DNA of 64,000 nt from Thermoanaerobaculia bacterium. GTDB lineage: Bacteria > Acidobacteriota > Thermoanaerobaculia > UBA5066. Position numbers and translations under genes: made by a program. Where the stretch lies: contig CAVRAY010000001.1 of NCBI GenBank assembly GCA_963719225.1, positions 1,152,001 to 1,216,000 on the forward strand, read 5' to 3'. Of the stretch, positions 52,358-61,888 are shown in pieces. Each line of letters starts with the position of its first letter. Within the stretch, counting starts at the first letter, position 1. The notes beneath the pieces were generated by a model that did not search any database, was not told where the DNA came from, and was given only the letters and a program-made list of their open reading frames with translations.

Positions 52358-53149
52358 TTGCGTATGGTCAAGGCCACACCATCTGCCACCCTGATTCTCA
52401 AGGACATTCGAGCCGCGCTGGATTCCCGTCTGGACGGGAAAGAGAGAGGGGATAAAGCGAAAAGCATCGTCCCCAAGGGGCCGCTCAAGGCTCTCGGCCT
52501 CCGCGCGTCCCTCGTGAGATCGATCGCGCGGGACGTCGAGTCGAAGACGCGGCCCGCGATCGATTACACGGCCGCGCTCGCCGTCGTCGATTCGGCCATG
52601 ACGCGGAAGGTGCGCGAGGAAATCCTCGTGGCGCTCGAGATTCTCGAGCATCGCCAGAAGGAGTTCGCTCCGGGCCTTTTCGCGAAAGTCGAGAAGTGGA
52701 GCGCCGTGGCCGACGACCTCGAGGTCGCCGAAGCTCTCGGGATGCGCGTGGCGGCTCCGGCTCTCAGACTCGAGCCGGCGAAGCTGAACGTGGTCAAGAA
52801 GTGGGCGAAGCTCAAGAGCGTCGGGAAGCGGCATCTCGCCGTCCTCGCCGCGACGGGACTCGTGGTGGATGGACACCGCGAAGCGACGGCCGTGCTGAAC
52901 CTGGCGGAGACTCTCCTCGACGAGCAGAATCCGCTTATGGTCGGCGCCGTCGCGCGGCTTCTGCGGGAGACGACGCGCGTCGACGCGAAAGCCGTCCAGG
53001 ATTTCCTCTTCCGGCGCTCGATCGACGGCAACCCGGACATCCTCCGCGCCGGCTCCGAAAACCTCGACGCCGCGCGCCGGGCGGCGCTCATCGCGAAGCT
53101 CGAGGCTCAGGCCGCGCTCACGGCTCCTCTCGCCGCCGCCGAGAGATAA
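52358..53149 (+). CDS. DNA alkylation repair (AlkD-like HEAT repeat) protein, divergent
   Basis: LGLRASLVRSIA, REE, KKWAK, LLDEQ..V..AV..LLRE layout; extended -10 TGcTAGAAT upstream. Confidence 0.65.
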   Translation: MRMVKATPSATLILKDIRAALDSRLDGKERGDKAKSIVPKGPLKALGLRASLVRSIARDVESKTRPAIDYTAALAVVDSAMTRKVREEILVALEILEHRQKEFAPGLFAKVEKWSAVADDLEVAEALGMRVAAPALRLEPAKLNVVKKWAKLKSVGKRHLAVLAATGLVVDGHREATAVLNLAETLLDEQNPLMVGAVARLLRETTRVDAKAVQDFLFRRSIDGNPDILRAGSENLDAARRAALIAKLEAQAALTAPLAAAER

Positions 53150-55265
53150 CCTTTTCCCCTTTCGCTCCCCGAAAAAGCAGATAGCCCAGCGCTGCGAAGG
53201 CGAGGATGGGCAGAACGTCCGATCCGAAGAGCCCCGGCCAGAACCTCGGGCCGAGCGCGATTTTCATCGGCAGATCGAAATCCTCGTCGAACCCGAGCCC
53301 GAAGACGGGGAAGTGCAGGAACGCGACGAGGACGCCCACGAGCGCCCCTCCCGCGATGAGGCCCGAGGAGAGGAGCGTTCCTTCGCTCTCGCTCGCCTCG
53401 TCGGGCACGCGGCCGTATCTCCTGTCCGCGAGCTTGCGGACGAGGCCGCCGACGAAGATCGGCATCGTCGTGGACAAAGGCAGGTAGACGCCGACCGCGA
53501 ACGTGAGCGAGTGCCCCGTCAGGAGCTCGATGAAAACGGCGATCGCGGCCCCGATGAGAACGAGCCCCCAGGGCAGCTTCTGGTCGAGGAGCCCCGAGAT
53601 GAGCACGGCCATCAGGTTCGCCTGGGGAGCCGGAAAGTTGCGGTTTCCGATGCCGTCCACGCGGCGGAACACGGCAGCGCCGGTTGAGCGGTCCACGAGA
53701 TAGTTGCCGGATTCGAGCGCGGGGGCGTCCCCCGCATTAACCCTCACGAATGCGTAAGCCTTCCCATCCGGGCCCTTCACGTCCTCGGCGGGCGTGATCG
53801 AGGCGGCTGGGATCGGAACCGCAGCGGCGAGCCGGGTGAGCTTCGTCTCCGACGCGTTCAGAGCCCAGGTCGTCCAGCCGATCGCGAGCACGGACGTCAG
53901 GACTCCGGCGAGGATGGCGGCTTGCTGCGAGCGCGGGGTGGAGCCGACGAGGTAACCGGTCTTGAGGTCCTGAGCCGTGGTGCCGGCGTTCGAGATCGCG
54001 ATGCAGACGACGGCCGCCACGACGAGCGCGAGATAGGCATAGCTCGATCCCGTCCAGCCCACGGCGAGAAAGATGAGGCAGCTTCCGATCACGACCGCGA
54101 TCGTCATGCCGGAAAGCGGGCAGGACGACGAGCCGACGAGACCCGTGATGCGCGCCGACACGACGGAGAAGAGAAAGCCGAAGATGACGATGAGCGCCGC
54201 GCCGAGGACGTTCATCCGGAAGACGGGCACGACCGTGATGAAGGCGACGATGGCGAGCGAGCCGCCGATCACCCACGTGAGCGGTGTGTCCCGTTCGGTC
54301 CGGACGACGGAGGCCCCGCCGGCCGATCCGCTCCGAAGCTGCTTCACGGAGGCGGTGAGAGAGTCCCAGATCGACGGGGCGGCTCGCGCGAGGCCGAGGA
54401 CGCCGCCCATCGCGACCGCGCCCGCCCCGATGTAGCGCAGGTACTTGTCCTTGAGGGCGGCGTAATCCATGTCGCGGATGAGCGTCGTGGCGGGGGCGAG
54501 GGGCTCGGTCAGGTGGCTCCCGAAGAACACGACCATCGGTCCGAGAATGAGCGCCGCGAGCAGTCCGCCCGCCACCATGACGACGCTCGTCTCGTACCCG
54601 ATGATGTAGCCGACGGCGAGGAGCTCGGGCGACGTCTCGCATTCGAGGCGCGAGCCCGGATAGAAGGAGAACGCACGCCCCACGTTGTCCTTGAAGAGGC
54701 CGAGGAGCTTCGTGGAGAGCTTGAAGAGCGCGCCGAACCCGATCCCGAAGAAGATTTTTCGCGCCGACGTCCCTCCCTGCTCGCCGGCGATGAGGATCTC
54801 CGCGCATGCCGTGCCCTCGGGGAAGCGAAGAGCGCCGTGTTCCTTCACGATCAGATAGCGCCGGAGCGGGATCATCATGAGGACGCCGAGGACGCCGCCG
54901 GTGAGGGCGATCAGGAACGTGACGGGGATCTTCATCGGAAAGCCGAGGAAGATGAGAGCGGGGATCGTGAAGACGACGGCGGCCGCCACGGACTCGCCCG
55001 CCGACCCCGTCGTCTGGACGACGTTGTTCTCGAGGATCGTCGAATTCCCCAGTTTCTTGAGGATCGTGATCGCCATGACGGCGATCGGAATCGATGCCGA
55101 GGTCGTCAGGCCGACCTTGAGCCCCAGATAGACCGATGCCGCGCCGAAGACGATCCCGAGAATCGATCCGAGCGCGACGGCCCGGAACGTGAGTTCCGCG
55201 GGCGCCTCCGAGGCCGGCACCCATGGCTGGAACACGGCAGGGGTCGTCCCGTCGGGCTCGGCCAT
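53118..55265 (-). CDS. Oligopeptide transporter, OPT/YSL family
   Basis: ELTFRAV, YLGLKVG, ENNVVQT, FPEGTACA, QDLKTG, APQANLM. Confidence 0.93.
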   Translation of the reverse strand: MAEPDGTTPAVFQPWVPASEAPAELTFRAVALGSILGIVFGAASVYLGLKVGLTTSASIPIAVMAITILKKLGNSTILENNVVQTTGSAGESVAAAVVFTIPALIFLGFPMKIPVTFLIALTGGVLGVLMMIPLRRYLIVKEHGALRFPEGTACAEILIAGEQGGTSARKIFFGIGFGALFKLSTKLLGLFKDNVGRAFSFYPGSRLECETSPELLAVGYIIGYETSVVMVAGGLLAALILGPMVVFFGSHLTEPLAPATTLIRDMDYAALKDKYLRYIGAGAVAMGGVLGLARAAPSIWDSLTASVKQLRSGSAGGASVVRTERDTPLTWVIGGSLAIVAFITVVPVFRMNVLGAALIVIFGFLFSVVSARITGLVGSSSCPLSGMTIAVVIGSCLIFLAVGWTGSSYAYLALVVAAVVCIAISNAGTTAQDLKTGYLVGSTPRSQQAAILAGVLTSVLAIGWTTWALNASETKLTRLAAAVPIPAASITPAEDVKGPDGKAYAFVRVNAGDAPALESGNYLVDRSTGAAVFRRVDGIGNRNFPAPQANLMAVLISGLLDQKLPWGLVLIGAAIAVFIELLTGHSLTFAVGVYLPLSTTMPIFVGGLVRKLADRRYGRVPDEASESEGTLLSSGLIAGGALVGVLVAFLHFPVFGLGFDEDFDLPMKIALGPRFWPGLFGSDVLPILAFAALGYLLFRGAKGEKVISRRRREEP

Positions 55266-55287
55266 TCTCGTGAGTCTAAGGGACCGG

Positions 55288-56265
55288 TCAGCGCGAGAGG
55301 AGCAGTCGCTCGGCGCTCGCGAGCTCCTGACCCGTGAGCGGCTTCGCGAACGGCGTCGAACGCCACCGCGCCGCACGCTCTCCCTGGGGAAGGCGGCCGA
55401 TCAACCGGATCTCGGCCTCGAGGCGCTCGTGAGCGCGGGCGTCGAGGTCGTCCAGGCGGCTCGCGAGCCGGCGAAGCCCGGAGCGCTGGTCTTCGCTGAA
55501 GTCGCGCACGAACGTCCAGCGGTCCTCGAGAAGGGCTCGTTCCTCGTCGGGTCGGTTGCGGAACGCCCGTTCGAGGGCCGAGAGCCGCTCGCGCTCCTTG
55601 TGCGCCGTGCGCTGCCAGTCGAGGAAGCGCCCCGTCAGCGCGTCCGAGGAGTCGGGAGGGCGCGAGGAAAAGCCCCCGAGGGGCATCGGAACCGGCGCGC
55701 GCGGACCGACGGGCTCGGGAAAGAACGCGTCGAGGCGCGCGAGGGTCTGGAACGAGTTGAGGAAGTCGAAATCGTGAAGGGCCGCCGCTTCGGACTTTTC
55801 CTGCGCGGTCAGCGGGGGTGCCTGGAACGAGATCGGCGTCGAACGCACGGCGACGATGTCCGGAGGAGGAAGTTCGCGGGCTTCGGTGTGCATGCTCGCC
55901 GGCTTTGCAAGCACCGGCACGGTGGGTACGGCGCCGATCGCGGTGGACGAAGCGCCCCGGCCGCGCAGAAAACGTGGAGCGGCGAATGCCGCGATCGTGA
56001 GCACGGCGGCCGCGCCCGCCAGCATCCAGAAGCTTCGCTTTGCGGCACCGGGTCCTGCGTTCAGCCTCTGCCGCAACCTCACGTCGAGATCGGGTGCCGG
56101 CTCGGAGGGAGATCCGGGGCGAATGAGCCTGTCGAGCGCCGCGTAGTCACGCGCGGCGGACCGACAGGCCGCGCATTCCTCGAGGTGCGCAACGACGGGC
56201 GCGTGTCCACCCTGCGCGGCAGACGCGGGATCCACGATCCGCTCCCGAAGCTCGTCGCACGTCAC
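55288..56265 (-). CDS. Putative anti-sigma factor (zf-HC2, TM helix, helical C-terminal domain)
   Basis: MTC...HLEECAAC, TM helix, coupled to the ECF sigma. Confidence 0.75.
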   Translation of the reverse strand: MTCDELRERIVDPASAAQGGHAPVVAHLEECAACRSAARDYAALDRLIRPGSPSEPAPDLDVRLRQRLNAGPGAAKRSFWMLAGAAAVLTIAAFAAPRFLRGRGASSTAIGAVPTVPVLAKPASMHTEARELPPPDIVAVRSTPISFQAPPLTAQEKSEAAALHDFDFLNSFQTLARLDAFFPEPVGPRAPVPMPLGGFSSRPPDSSDALTGRFLDWQRTAHKERERLSALERAFRNRPDEERALLEDRWTFVRDFSEDQRSGLRRLASRLDDLDARAHERLEAEIRLIGRLPQGERAARWRSTPFAKPLTGQELASAERLLLSR

Positions 56266-56873
56266 GGGGATGTCACCGGCGGCCTGCCTGGCGCCGAGAA
56301 CGCCCGGTCTGCCGCGTCCGGCACCGCCAGCGCCGGCGAAGAGCCCGAGACCTCGAGCGCCGGTCCAAGAAATACCCGGAGGGTCTCGAGCGCTCGCACG
56401 AGGCGTCGCCGCACCTCCGTCTCGGAAACTCCGAGCGCCGCCGCGGCCGCGGCGACGGAAAGCCGCGCGACGCGCGTGAGCAGGAACGCGCTCCTTTCGC
56501 CGGCCGGCAATGCTGCGATCGCCGAACGCACCAGGGCCGTCCGGGCGGACGGAGACTCGGCGAGCTTCGAAGCCGGAACCTCGAGAACGGCGCCGGGCCT
56601 GGTGTCCTGCACGACTTTCGCGACGACGCCCCAGAGGAAGATCGGGAATGCCGATCCCGGCGCATAGGAGTCCGCCGTCCGAACGAGGCGCTCGAAGGCC
56701 TGGACGGTCGCCTCGGCCGCCGCGGAGGGCTCACGCGTGCGCTCGAAAAGCGCGTAGACCGGCTGGCGCCACCTGGCGACGATGCGCGTGAGAGCCGCAT
56801 CGTCCCCTGCCGCGACCAGAAGCAGATCACCGGAGTCTGGCGCGGGCTGGACCCCGCTCCTGGGAAAAGCCAC
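56262..56873 (-). CDS. ECF-type sigma factor, divergent
   Basis: GDDAALTRIVARW (region 2); AIAALPAGERSAFLL...LGVSETEVRRRLVRA (region 4); GTG start. Confidence 0.7.
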   Translation of the reverse strand: MAFPRSGVQPAPDSGDLLLVAAGDDAALTRIVARWRQPVYALFERTREPSAAAEATVQAFERLVRTADSYAPGSAFPIFLWGVVAKVVQDTRPGAVLEVPASKLAESPSARTALVRSAIAALPAGERSAFLLTRVARLSVAAAAAALGVSETEVRRRLVRALETLRVFLGPALEVSGSSPALAVPDAADRAFSAPGRPPVTSP

Positions 56874-56911
56874 CGGGTCGATTTTGCCAGAGGAGGACGG
56901 GCCGCGCGACG

Positions 56912-57409
56912 TTACTTCTCGGATTTGAGGAAACGCGAGGTGAAGAACTCCTGCACCGCTGCATCTCCCTTTCGGGTCAGCGCGGCCATTTCGCCGTGCG
57001 CGAGCACCTCGATGACGCGGCCGTCCGGCATGAAGATCACGATGCCGGGCTGTTCGGCGCGCGTGTCGATGTTGTAGCGGACGAGAAGCTGTGCGTTCGT
57101 GCCGCTCGAGACGTCGACGAAGACGGGGACGAACTGGTTGATGAACGGTTCGAAGAATTTGCCTTTGTGGAGCGCGCGATTGAACGTGCGGCACGGCGCG
57201 CATTCGTTCGTGCCGAAGACGAGGAGGAGCCGGCGCCCGGAGTCCAGAGCCACTTTCTGGTAGTCGACGATCTGCTTTTCTCCGACGGCGTCCGCATCGA
57301 AGATGGGTCCTTCGGGAACGGCGGGCGTCGGAGCGGGCGCCGCGCGGCCGGCGAGTGAAAGGCAGACGGAGAGGCCGAGGAGAAAGGCGAAAGAGGTCCG
57401 CGGATTCAT
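56912..57409 (-). CDS. Exported thioredoxin-like protein
   Basis: Signal peptide, LLLVFGTNECAPC, FVPVFVDV. Confidence 0.8.
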   Translation of the reverse strand: MNPRTSFAFLLGLSVCLSLAGRAAPAPTPAVPEGPIFDADAVGEKQIVDYQKVALDSGRRLLLVFGTNECAPCRTFNRALHKGKFFEPFINQFVPVFVDVSSGTNAQLLVRYNIDTRAEQPGIVIFMPDGRVIEVLAHGEMAALTRKGDAAVQEFFTSRFLKSEK

Positions 57410-57437
57410 CGTTGGTTGTTTCCTTGTCTCGAAGAGT

Positions 57438-57758
57438 TCAATTCGGCCGAAACGATTCCGTGCCGCTTTGTCGCGGCGCCTCGAAATCGATGCGGATCGT
57501 CCCGAAGGTCTTCTCGTAGAGCGCCACGTTCTGGGAAAGGGCGTTGAGCAGTTGCTTGGCATGGACCGGGGTCGTGAGAACGCGCGACAGGACGCGGACG
57601 TCGTTGCGACCCGGCACGATGCGCCCGAAGTCGAGGACGAACTCCGCCGGGTTGTGGATGATGTTCGCGAAATTGACGTAAACGCCGTTCGCGACCGAGT
57701 CATCGATCTGGAAATGGAGAGACGGAGTCTGGGATTCGGGCTTGGGCTGGTCAGCCAC
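57438..57758 (-). CDS. DUF3467 family protein
   Basis: GVYVNFANI...EFVLDF...TPVHAKQLLNAL..N...YE..FG.I; GAGG RBS. Confidence 0.88.
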   Translation of the reverse strand: MADQPKPESQTPSLHFQIDDSVANGVYVNFANIIHNPAEFVLDFGRIVPGRNDVRVLSRVLTTPVHAKQLLNALSQNVALYEKTFGTIRIDFEAPRQSGTESFRPN

Positions 57759-57821
57759 GGCGGCACCTCGCGATTCGTGCGTGTGCCTCCTCGCAAGAGG
57801 CGCGCCAGTATAGTGGACGTC

Positions 57822-58685
57822 ATGCGCCGCGTCGCGATCCTCTTTCTCCTCCCGACTCTCCTCGCCGCCTCGGAGCCGACTCCGAAGCCCGCCGAAATCG
57901 ATGTGCTTTGGGGTCTTCGCGCGGAGGGGTCGACGGGGGGACGCGCTCTTCCCGGCCCGATCGATCACGTGATCGAGGCCTGCCGCGCGGCCCTCGCCGC
58001 GAAACCGGACATGCTCGAGGTGCGCTGGCGCCTCATGAGGGCCCTGTACTTCAAGGGCGAGCACACGACGAATGACGTTGCCGCAAAGAAGACGATCTTC
58101 GACGAAGGGCGGACGGTCGCCGAGCAGACCCTCATCATCCTCAGAGGAGAGGCCGGCCGTGAGGCGCACCGGGACCTCGGCAGGGCCACGCCTGTCGACC
58201 TCGTCCCGTACGTCAAGGGAAACGCCGCGGCCGCGCCGTCCTTTCTCTGGGCCGCCGTCGACTGGGGGAAATGGGCTCTCGCGTTCGGGAAGATGGCGGC
58301 GGTCAAGCAAGGCGCTGCTTCGAAGATCCGCGACTATGCGCAGGCGGTCATCCTGCTCGACCCGACGTACGACGGCGGCGGGGGATACCGCGTTCTGGGC
58401 AGGCTCCATCACCAGACGCCGGCCGTGCCGTTCTTCACGGGGTGGGCGTCGCGGTCACTGGCCCTGAAGAATCTCCGCCTCGCCGTCGAGACGGGTCCCC
58501 GGAATCTCGTGGGCCGCCAGTTTCTCGCGGAGGCGATGTGGGATTACGAGCCCGCCCGCCGTGCCGAGGCGCGCGCGATGCTGGAGAAGATTCTCACCGA
58601 GACGCCGGATCCCGACTATCTCGTGGAGAACCGGAAGACGCAGGAGGAGTCGTCGCAGCTCCTCAAGGACTGGGCCGGCCGGTGA
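57822..58685 (+). CDS. Exported TPR-like protein
   Basis: Signal peptide; W...RALYF.G, LDPTYDGGGGYRVLGRL...P. Confidence 0.75.
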   Translation: MRRVAILFLLPTLLAASEPTPKPAEIDVLWGLRAEGSTGGRALPGPIDHVIEACRAALAAKPDMLEVRWRLMRALYFKGEHTTNDVAAKKTIFDEGRTVAEQTLIILRGEAGREAHRDLGRATPVDLVPYVKGNAAAAPSFLWAAVDWGKWALAFGKMAAVKQGAASKIRDYAQAVILLDPTYDGGGGYRVLGRLHHQTPAVPFFTGWASRSLALKNLRLAVETGPRNLVGRQFLAEAMWDYEPARRAEARAMLEKILTETPDPDYLVENRKTQEESSQLLKDWAGR

Positions 58686-58689
58686 GAGA

Positions 58690-59607
58690 ATGAGCCGCGT
58701 GAGCGACAACCGGCTGCGCACCGCGATCGACCGGATCGTCTCGGAGGCCGAGAACCGTCCTCTTCTGTCCGCCATCGACGCGGCGCCGAGGCCCCAGAAG
58801 AAGGAGATCATCGAGATCCTGCGGCTCCTTCAGGAAGTCGTCTATCCCGGATTCTTCGGCGACGCGGTGCTCTACCGCGCGAACCTGCACGACCATCTCG
58901 GAGACGTCCTCTTTCACATTCACCTGAGGCTCGCGAAGGAGATCGAGAAGGCGCTCCCTCTTGCGGGGGGCCGCGACGCGAATGCCGTCGACCTGACGAC
59001 GCGCTTCTTCGAAGGCCTGCCCGGGATCGCCGACCTCCTCGCCGAGGACGTGCGTGCCGCGTTCGACGGCGATCCCGCCGCGACCGGCTTCGACGAGATC
59101 GTCCTCGCCTATCCGGGAGTGAAGGCCGTCTTCACCTATCGTCTGGCCCACGCGCTCTACGACCTCGGCGTGCCGCTGATCCCGCGCATCATGACCGAGT
59201 TCGCGCACCTCGAGACGGGCGTCGACATCCATCCCGGCGCGCGCATCGGCCGCTCTTTCTTCATCGATCACGGGACGGGAACCGTCATCGGCGAGACCAC
59301 GGACATCGGCGATCGCGTGAAGCTGTACCAGGGGGTCACGCTCGGCGCGCTGTCGTTCCCGAAGAACGAGCGGGGAGAGCTCATCCGCGGCCGGAAGAGG
59401 CATCCGACCGTGATGGACGATGTCGTCATCTACGCGGGGGCGACGATCCTCGGCGGCGAGACCGTGATCGGGAAAGGCTGCGTCATCGGCGGCAGCGTGT
59501 GGCTGACGTCGTCCGTGCCGCCGGGCACTCGCGTGACCCTTCCGAACGACCAGCTCCGGATCGAAACGCGTGCCGTTCTCGAGGCGCCCATCCACTCTTC
59601 AAAATGA
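58690..59607 (+). CDS. cysE: Serine O-acetyltransferase (CysE/EpsC)
   Basis: GDPAA, YPG, GVDIHPGARIG, FIDHGTG, YQGVTLG, KRHPT. Confidence 0.93.
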   Translation: MSRVSDNRLRTAIDRIVSEAENRPLLSAIDAAPRPQKKEIIEILRLLQEVVYPGFFGDAVLYRANLHDHLGDVLFHIHLRLAKEIEKALPLAGGRDANAVDLTTRFFEGLPGIADLLAEDVRAAFDGDPAATGFDEIVLAYPGVKAVFTYRLAHALYDLGVPLIPRIMTEFAHLETGVDIHPGARIGRSFFIDHGTGTVIGETTDIGDRVKLYQGVTLGALSFPKNERGELIRGRKRHPTVMDDVVIYAGATILGGETVIGKGCVIGGSVWLTSSVPPGTRVTLPNDQLRIETRAVLEAPIHSSK

Positions 59608-60129
59608 CCGCGCCCGCCTGACGGCCTCCCGCGAGAGCTGCCGGGCCTCGGAGAGGAGCCGCGCCACCGTCTTTCCGGTTCCGGGCACCACGCGCCGCGG
59701 CGCGACGTCCGCGAGCGGGACGAGGACGAAGAGACGGCTCGTCATCCGCGGGTGCGGAACGGTCAGGCGCCGCGTCGCGATCCGCTCGTTTCCATAGAGG
59801 AGGAGGTCGAGGTCGAGGGGGCGAGGCGCGTTTCGAGGCCCGCCCGGCTTTCGGCCGGCAGAGATTTCGGATTTTCTTAGATGGGTGAGGAGGGCCTGCG
59901 CAGAGAGCGAGGTCGTTCCGACGATGACGGCATTGAGGTAGTCGGGCTGATCGGATGGGCCTCCGACCGGCGAGGTGCCATAGAGAAGAGATATTTTAGG
60001 ATTTCTTAGAAAGGGAGAGAGGCTTCGGAGCGCGTTGCGGAAGGCGCGACGGGTGTTGCCGACGTTGCCGCCCACGCCGATGGCCACGAAGACGGGCCTG
60101 GGGCGCGCCAGGGCTCTTTTCACCTTCAT
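59599..60129 (-). CDS. folK: 2-amino-4-hydroxy-6-hydroxymethyldihydropteridine diphosphokinase
   Basis: IGVGGNVG, QPDYLNAV, PRPLDLDLL, LTVPHPR, FVLVPL. Confidence 0.93.
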   Translation of the reverse strand: MKVKRALARPRPVFVAIGVGGNVGNTRRAFRNALRSLSPFLRNPKISLLYGTSPVGGPSDQPDYLNAVIVGTTSLSAQALLTHLRKSEISAGRKPGGPRNAPRPLDLDLLLYGNERIATRRLTVPHPRMTSRLFVLVPLADVAPRRVVPGTGKTVARLLSEARQLSREAVRRARSF

Positions 60130-60207
60130 CCACGTCCCCGCCTCGCGGCTCGGCCGCGGCACGTACCTACGATCCTCGCCTGCGGCTCGGCTCTTCGGTT
60201 CTAAGAA
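59874..60207. repeat. Cluster of three dispersed motifs in and upstream of folK
   Basis: TTCTTAGAT at 59874, TTCTTAGAA at 60003, TTCTAAGAA at 60199. Confidence 0.75.
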
Positions 60208-60261
60208 AATCTTCCGAGCGGTTTACCGAAGCGCGACTCGCCGCGCGCATCGCTCCTGCGC

Positions 60262-60597
60262 TCAGTATTCGTCGTCCGAGTCCCCGGCGCCCCCCTCGAG
60301 CGTCTTCGCCTCGCCGAGGGGGAGCTCCTCGTCGTCGTCGACGCGCTTGGCGGCCGGGTCCTCGGGCTCGCCGGTCGCGACGTCTTCGTCCTCGCGGTTG
60401 CGGTCGAACACGTCCGGGTCCGCGAACTCGTCACGCTTGGCGCGGCGCGCGGCATGAAGGACGACTGGAGACGTCGGTTGCGGAGGCGCATCTTTCTGAT
60501 CCGCGCCGCATTTCGGGCAATGGACGGGCGTCTTCCGGAGGTCGTAGAACTTCGTTCCGCACCTGAAACACGTATGTTTGAATCCGAGGTCCGGCAA
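60262..60597 (-). CDS. FYDLN acid domain protein (TIGR02300 family)
   Basis: LGFKHTCFRCGTKFYDL...CPKCG plus acidic tail; GGAGG RBS and TTG start. Confidence 0.9.
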   Translation of the reverse strand: MPDLGFKHTCFRCGTKFYDLRKTPVHCPKCGADQKDAPPQPTSPVVLHAARRAKRDEFADPDVFDRNREDEDVATGEPEDPAAKRVDDDEELPLGEAKTLEGGAGDSDDEY

Positions 60598-60682
60598 TGC
60601 GCCTCCTGCCAAACGGGGCCGGAACATAACATCCTTGGTTTTTCAGGGTCAACGCGCCGGGGAACCGTACACTCCGGTCGAG

Positions 60683-61876
60683 ATGCCGGCCCCCTCCACG
60701 GTCCCCAGGATTTGCGCCCTCGCGGTCTGTCTCTCGGCCGTCGTCCTTTCCGGACCCGCGCGCGCGCAAATGCCGTTCGCTCCCTTTGGCGGGCGCTCCG
60801 TCGCGCTCGGAGGCGCCTCGATGGGGCTCGGGCCGGACGTCGCGGCCGGAGTCGACAATCCGGCGGCCGTCCCGGACCGGAAGTTCGCGTTCACGATCTC
60901 CGCGGGCCTCCTGACGCGGGAGAGCGGCGACTTTCTGGCCCCGCTGCGCCTCATCCCGGGGAACAACCCGGCCGCTCTCGCGTCGGGCTCGCAGCCTCAG
61001 AGCTACGCCGACGTGGTTCGGGCGCTCCGCACCCTCGCGGATCCGGGAAACGGCCTCGCCGGCAACGGGAGCGTCGGCCTTGCGATCGCCCACGGCGGCT
61101 GGGAGCTTTCGTTCACGGACTGGGGCTACAGCGGTCTTTCCGCCCGCGTGGACCTCGCCCACACGGCGCTCGGAACGAGCCCGGCCACGTCGATCGCGTT
61201 CAACGACTCGGCGGCGGCGTTTCGGGGCCTCGAGCTGAAGGACCTCGCGCTCGCGAAATCGATGTCGTTCTTCCTCGGCCGCGTGACGGTGGGCGCCGCG
61301 GTTCATGCGCTATGGGGCACGACGTACACGAAGGAGGAGTCGGCGTTCACGGTGGACGTCGGCGATCCCTTCAACCTCGCCCAGCGCGCGCTGACGGGAA
61401 CGGCGCGTTCCCATACCGACGTGTCGTTCGACGTCGGCGCTCTCGTGTCGCTGGGCGTCGTGAAGGTCGGTGGGTCCTGGCGAGGAATCAACAAGCCTTC
61501 CTTTCCCTTTACCGACGACGGGCCGGCCGCGGACCGCGGCCGTTCCGTCACGTACGGCCAGCAGGCCCGGATCGGCGCCTCCGCGAAGATCCCGGTCCTC
61601 GGTCTCCTCGTCGCGGCGGATTACGACCTGATCGCCAGCGACACGCTCGTGCCCGGCCTGCGCGTGCGGCAGGTCGGCGGAGGCCTCGAGTGGGAGTTCC
61701 TGCTCGTCGCCGTGCGCGCCGGCGCCTCGTTGAACCTGGAGTCGCCGGACCGATCGCCCGCCTTCACGGGCGGCGCCGGGGTCGTCATCGGCCCCGCGAA
61801 GGTGGATCTCGGGGGCTGGTACCGCACGGATCAGAGCGCGCTCGGCGTCTCGCTCACGGCCCGCGTCGGCCTCTAG
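60683..61876 (+). CDS. Outer membrane beta-barrel protein (TraF_2/PorV/FadL-like)
   Basis: Signal peptide, GGRSVALGGA..., NPAA, alternating beta strands, C-terminal strand. Confidence 0.7.
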   Translation: MPAPSTVPRICALAVCLSAVVLSGPARAQMPFAPFGGRSVALGGASMGLGPDVAAGVDNPAAVPDRKFAFTISAGLLTRESGDFLAPLRLIPGNNPAALASGSQPQSYADVVRALRTLADPGNGLAGNGSVGLAIAHGGWELSFTDWGYSGLSARVDLAHTALGTSPATSIAFNDSAAAFRGLELKDLALAKSMSFFLGRVTVGAAVHALWGTTYTKEESAFTVDVGDPFNLAQRALTGTARSHTDVSFDVGALVSLGVVKVGGSWRGINKPSFPFTDDGPAADRGRSVTYGQQARIGASAKIPVLGLLVAADYDLIASDTLVPGLRVRQVGGGLEWEFLLVAVRAGASLNLESPDRSPAFTGGAGVVIGPAKVDLGGWYRTDQSALGVSLTARVGL

Positions 61877-61888
61877 GAGGCTGTCCGC

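Noticed and set aside
60683-61876. TraF-like gene as evidence of a conjugative element
   Set aside because: No other tra genes, relaxase or integrase; sits among housekeeping genes, so better read as a generic beta-barrel
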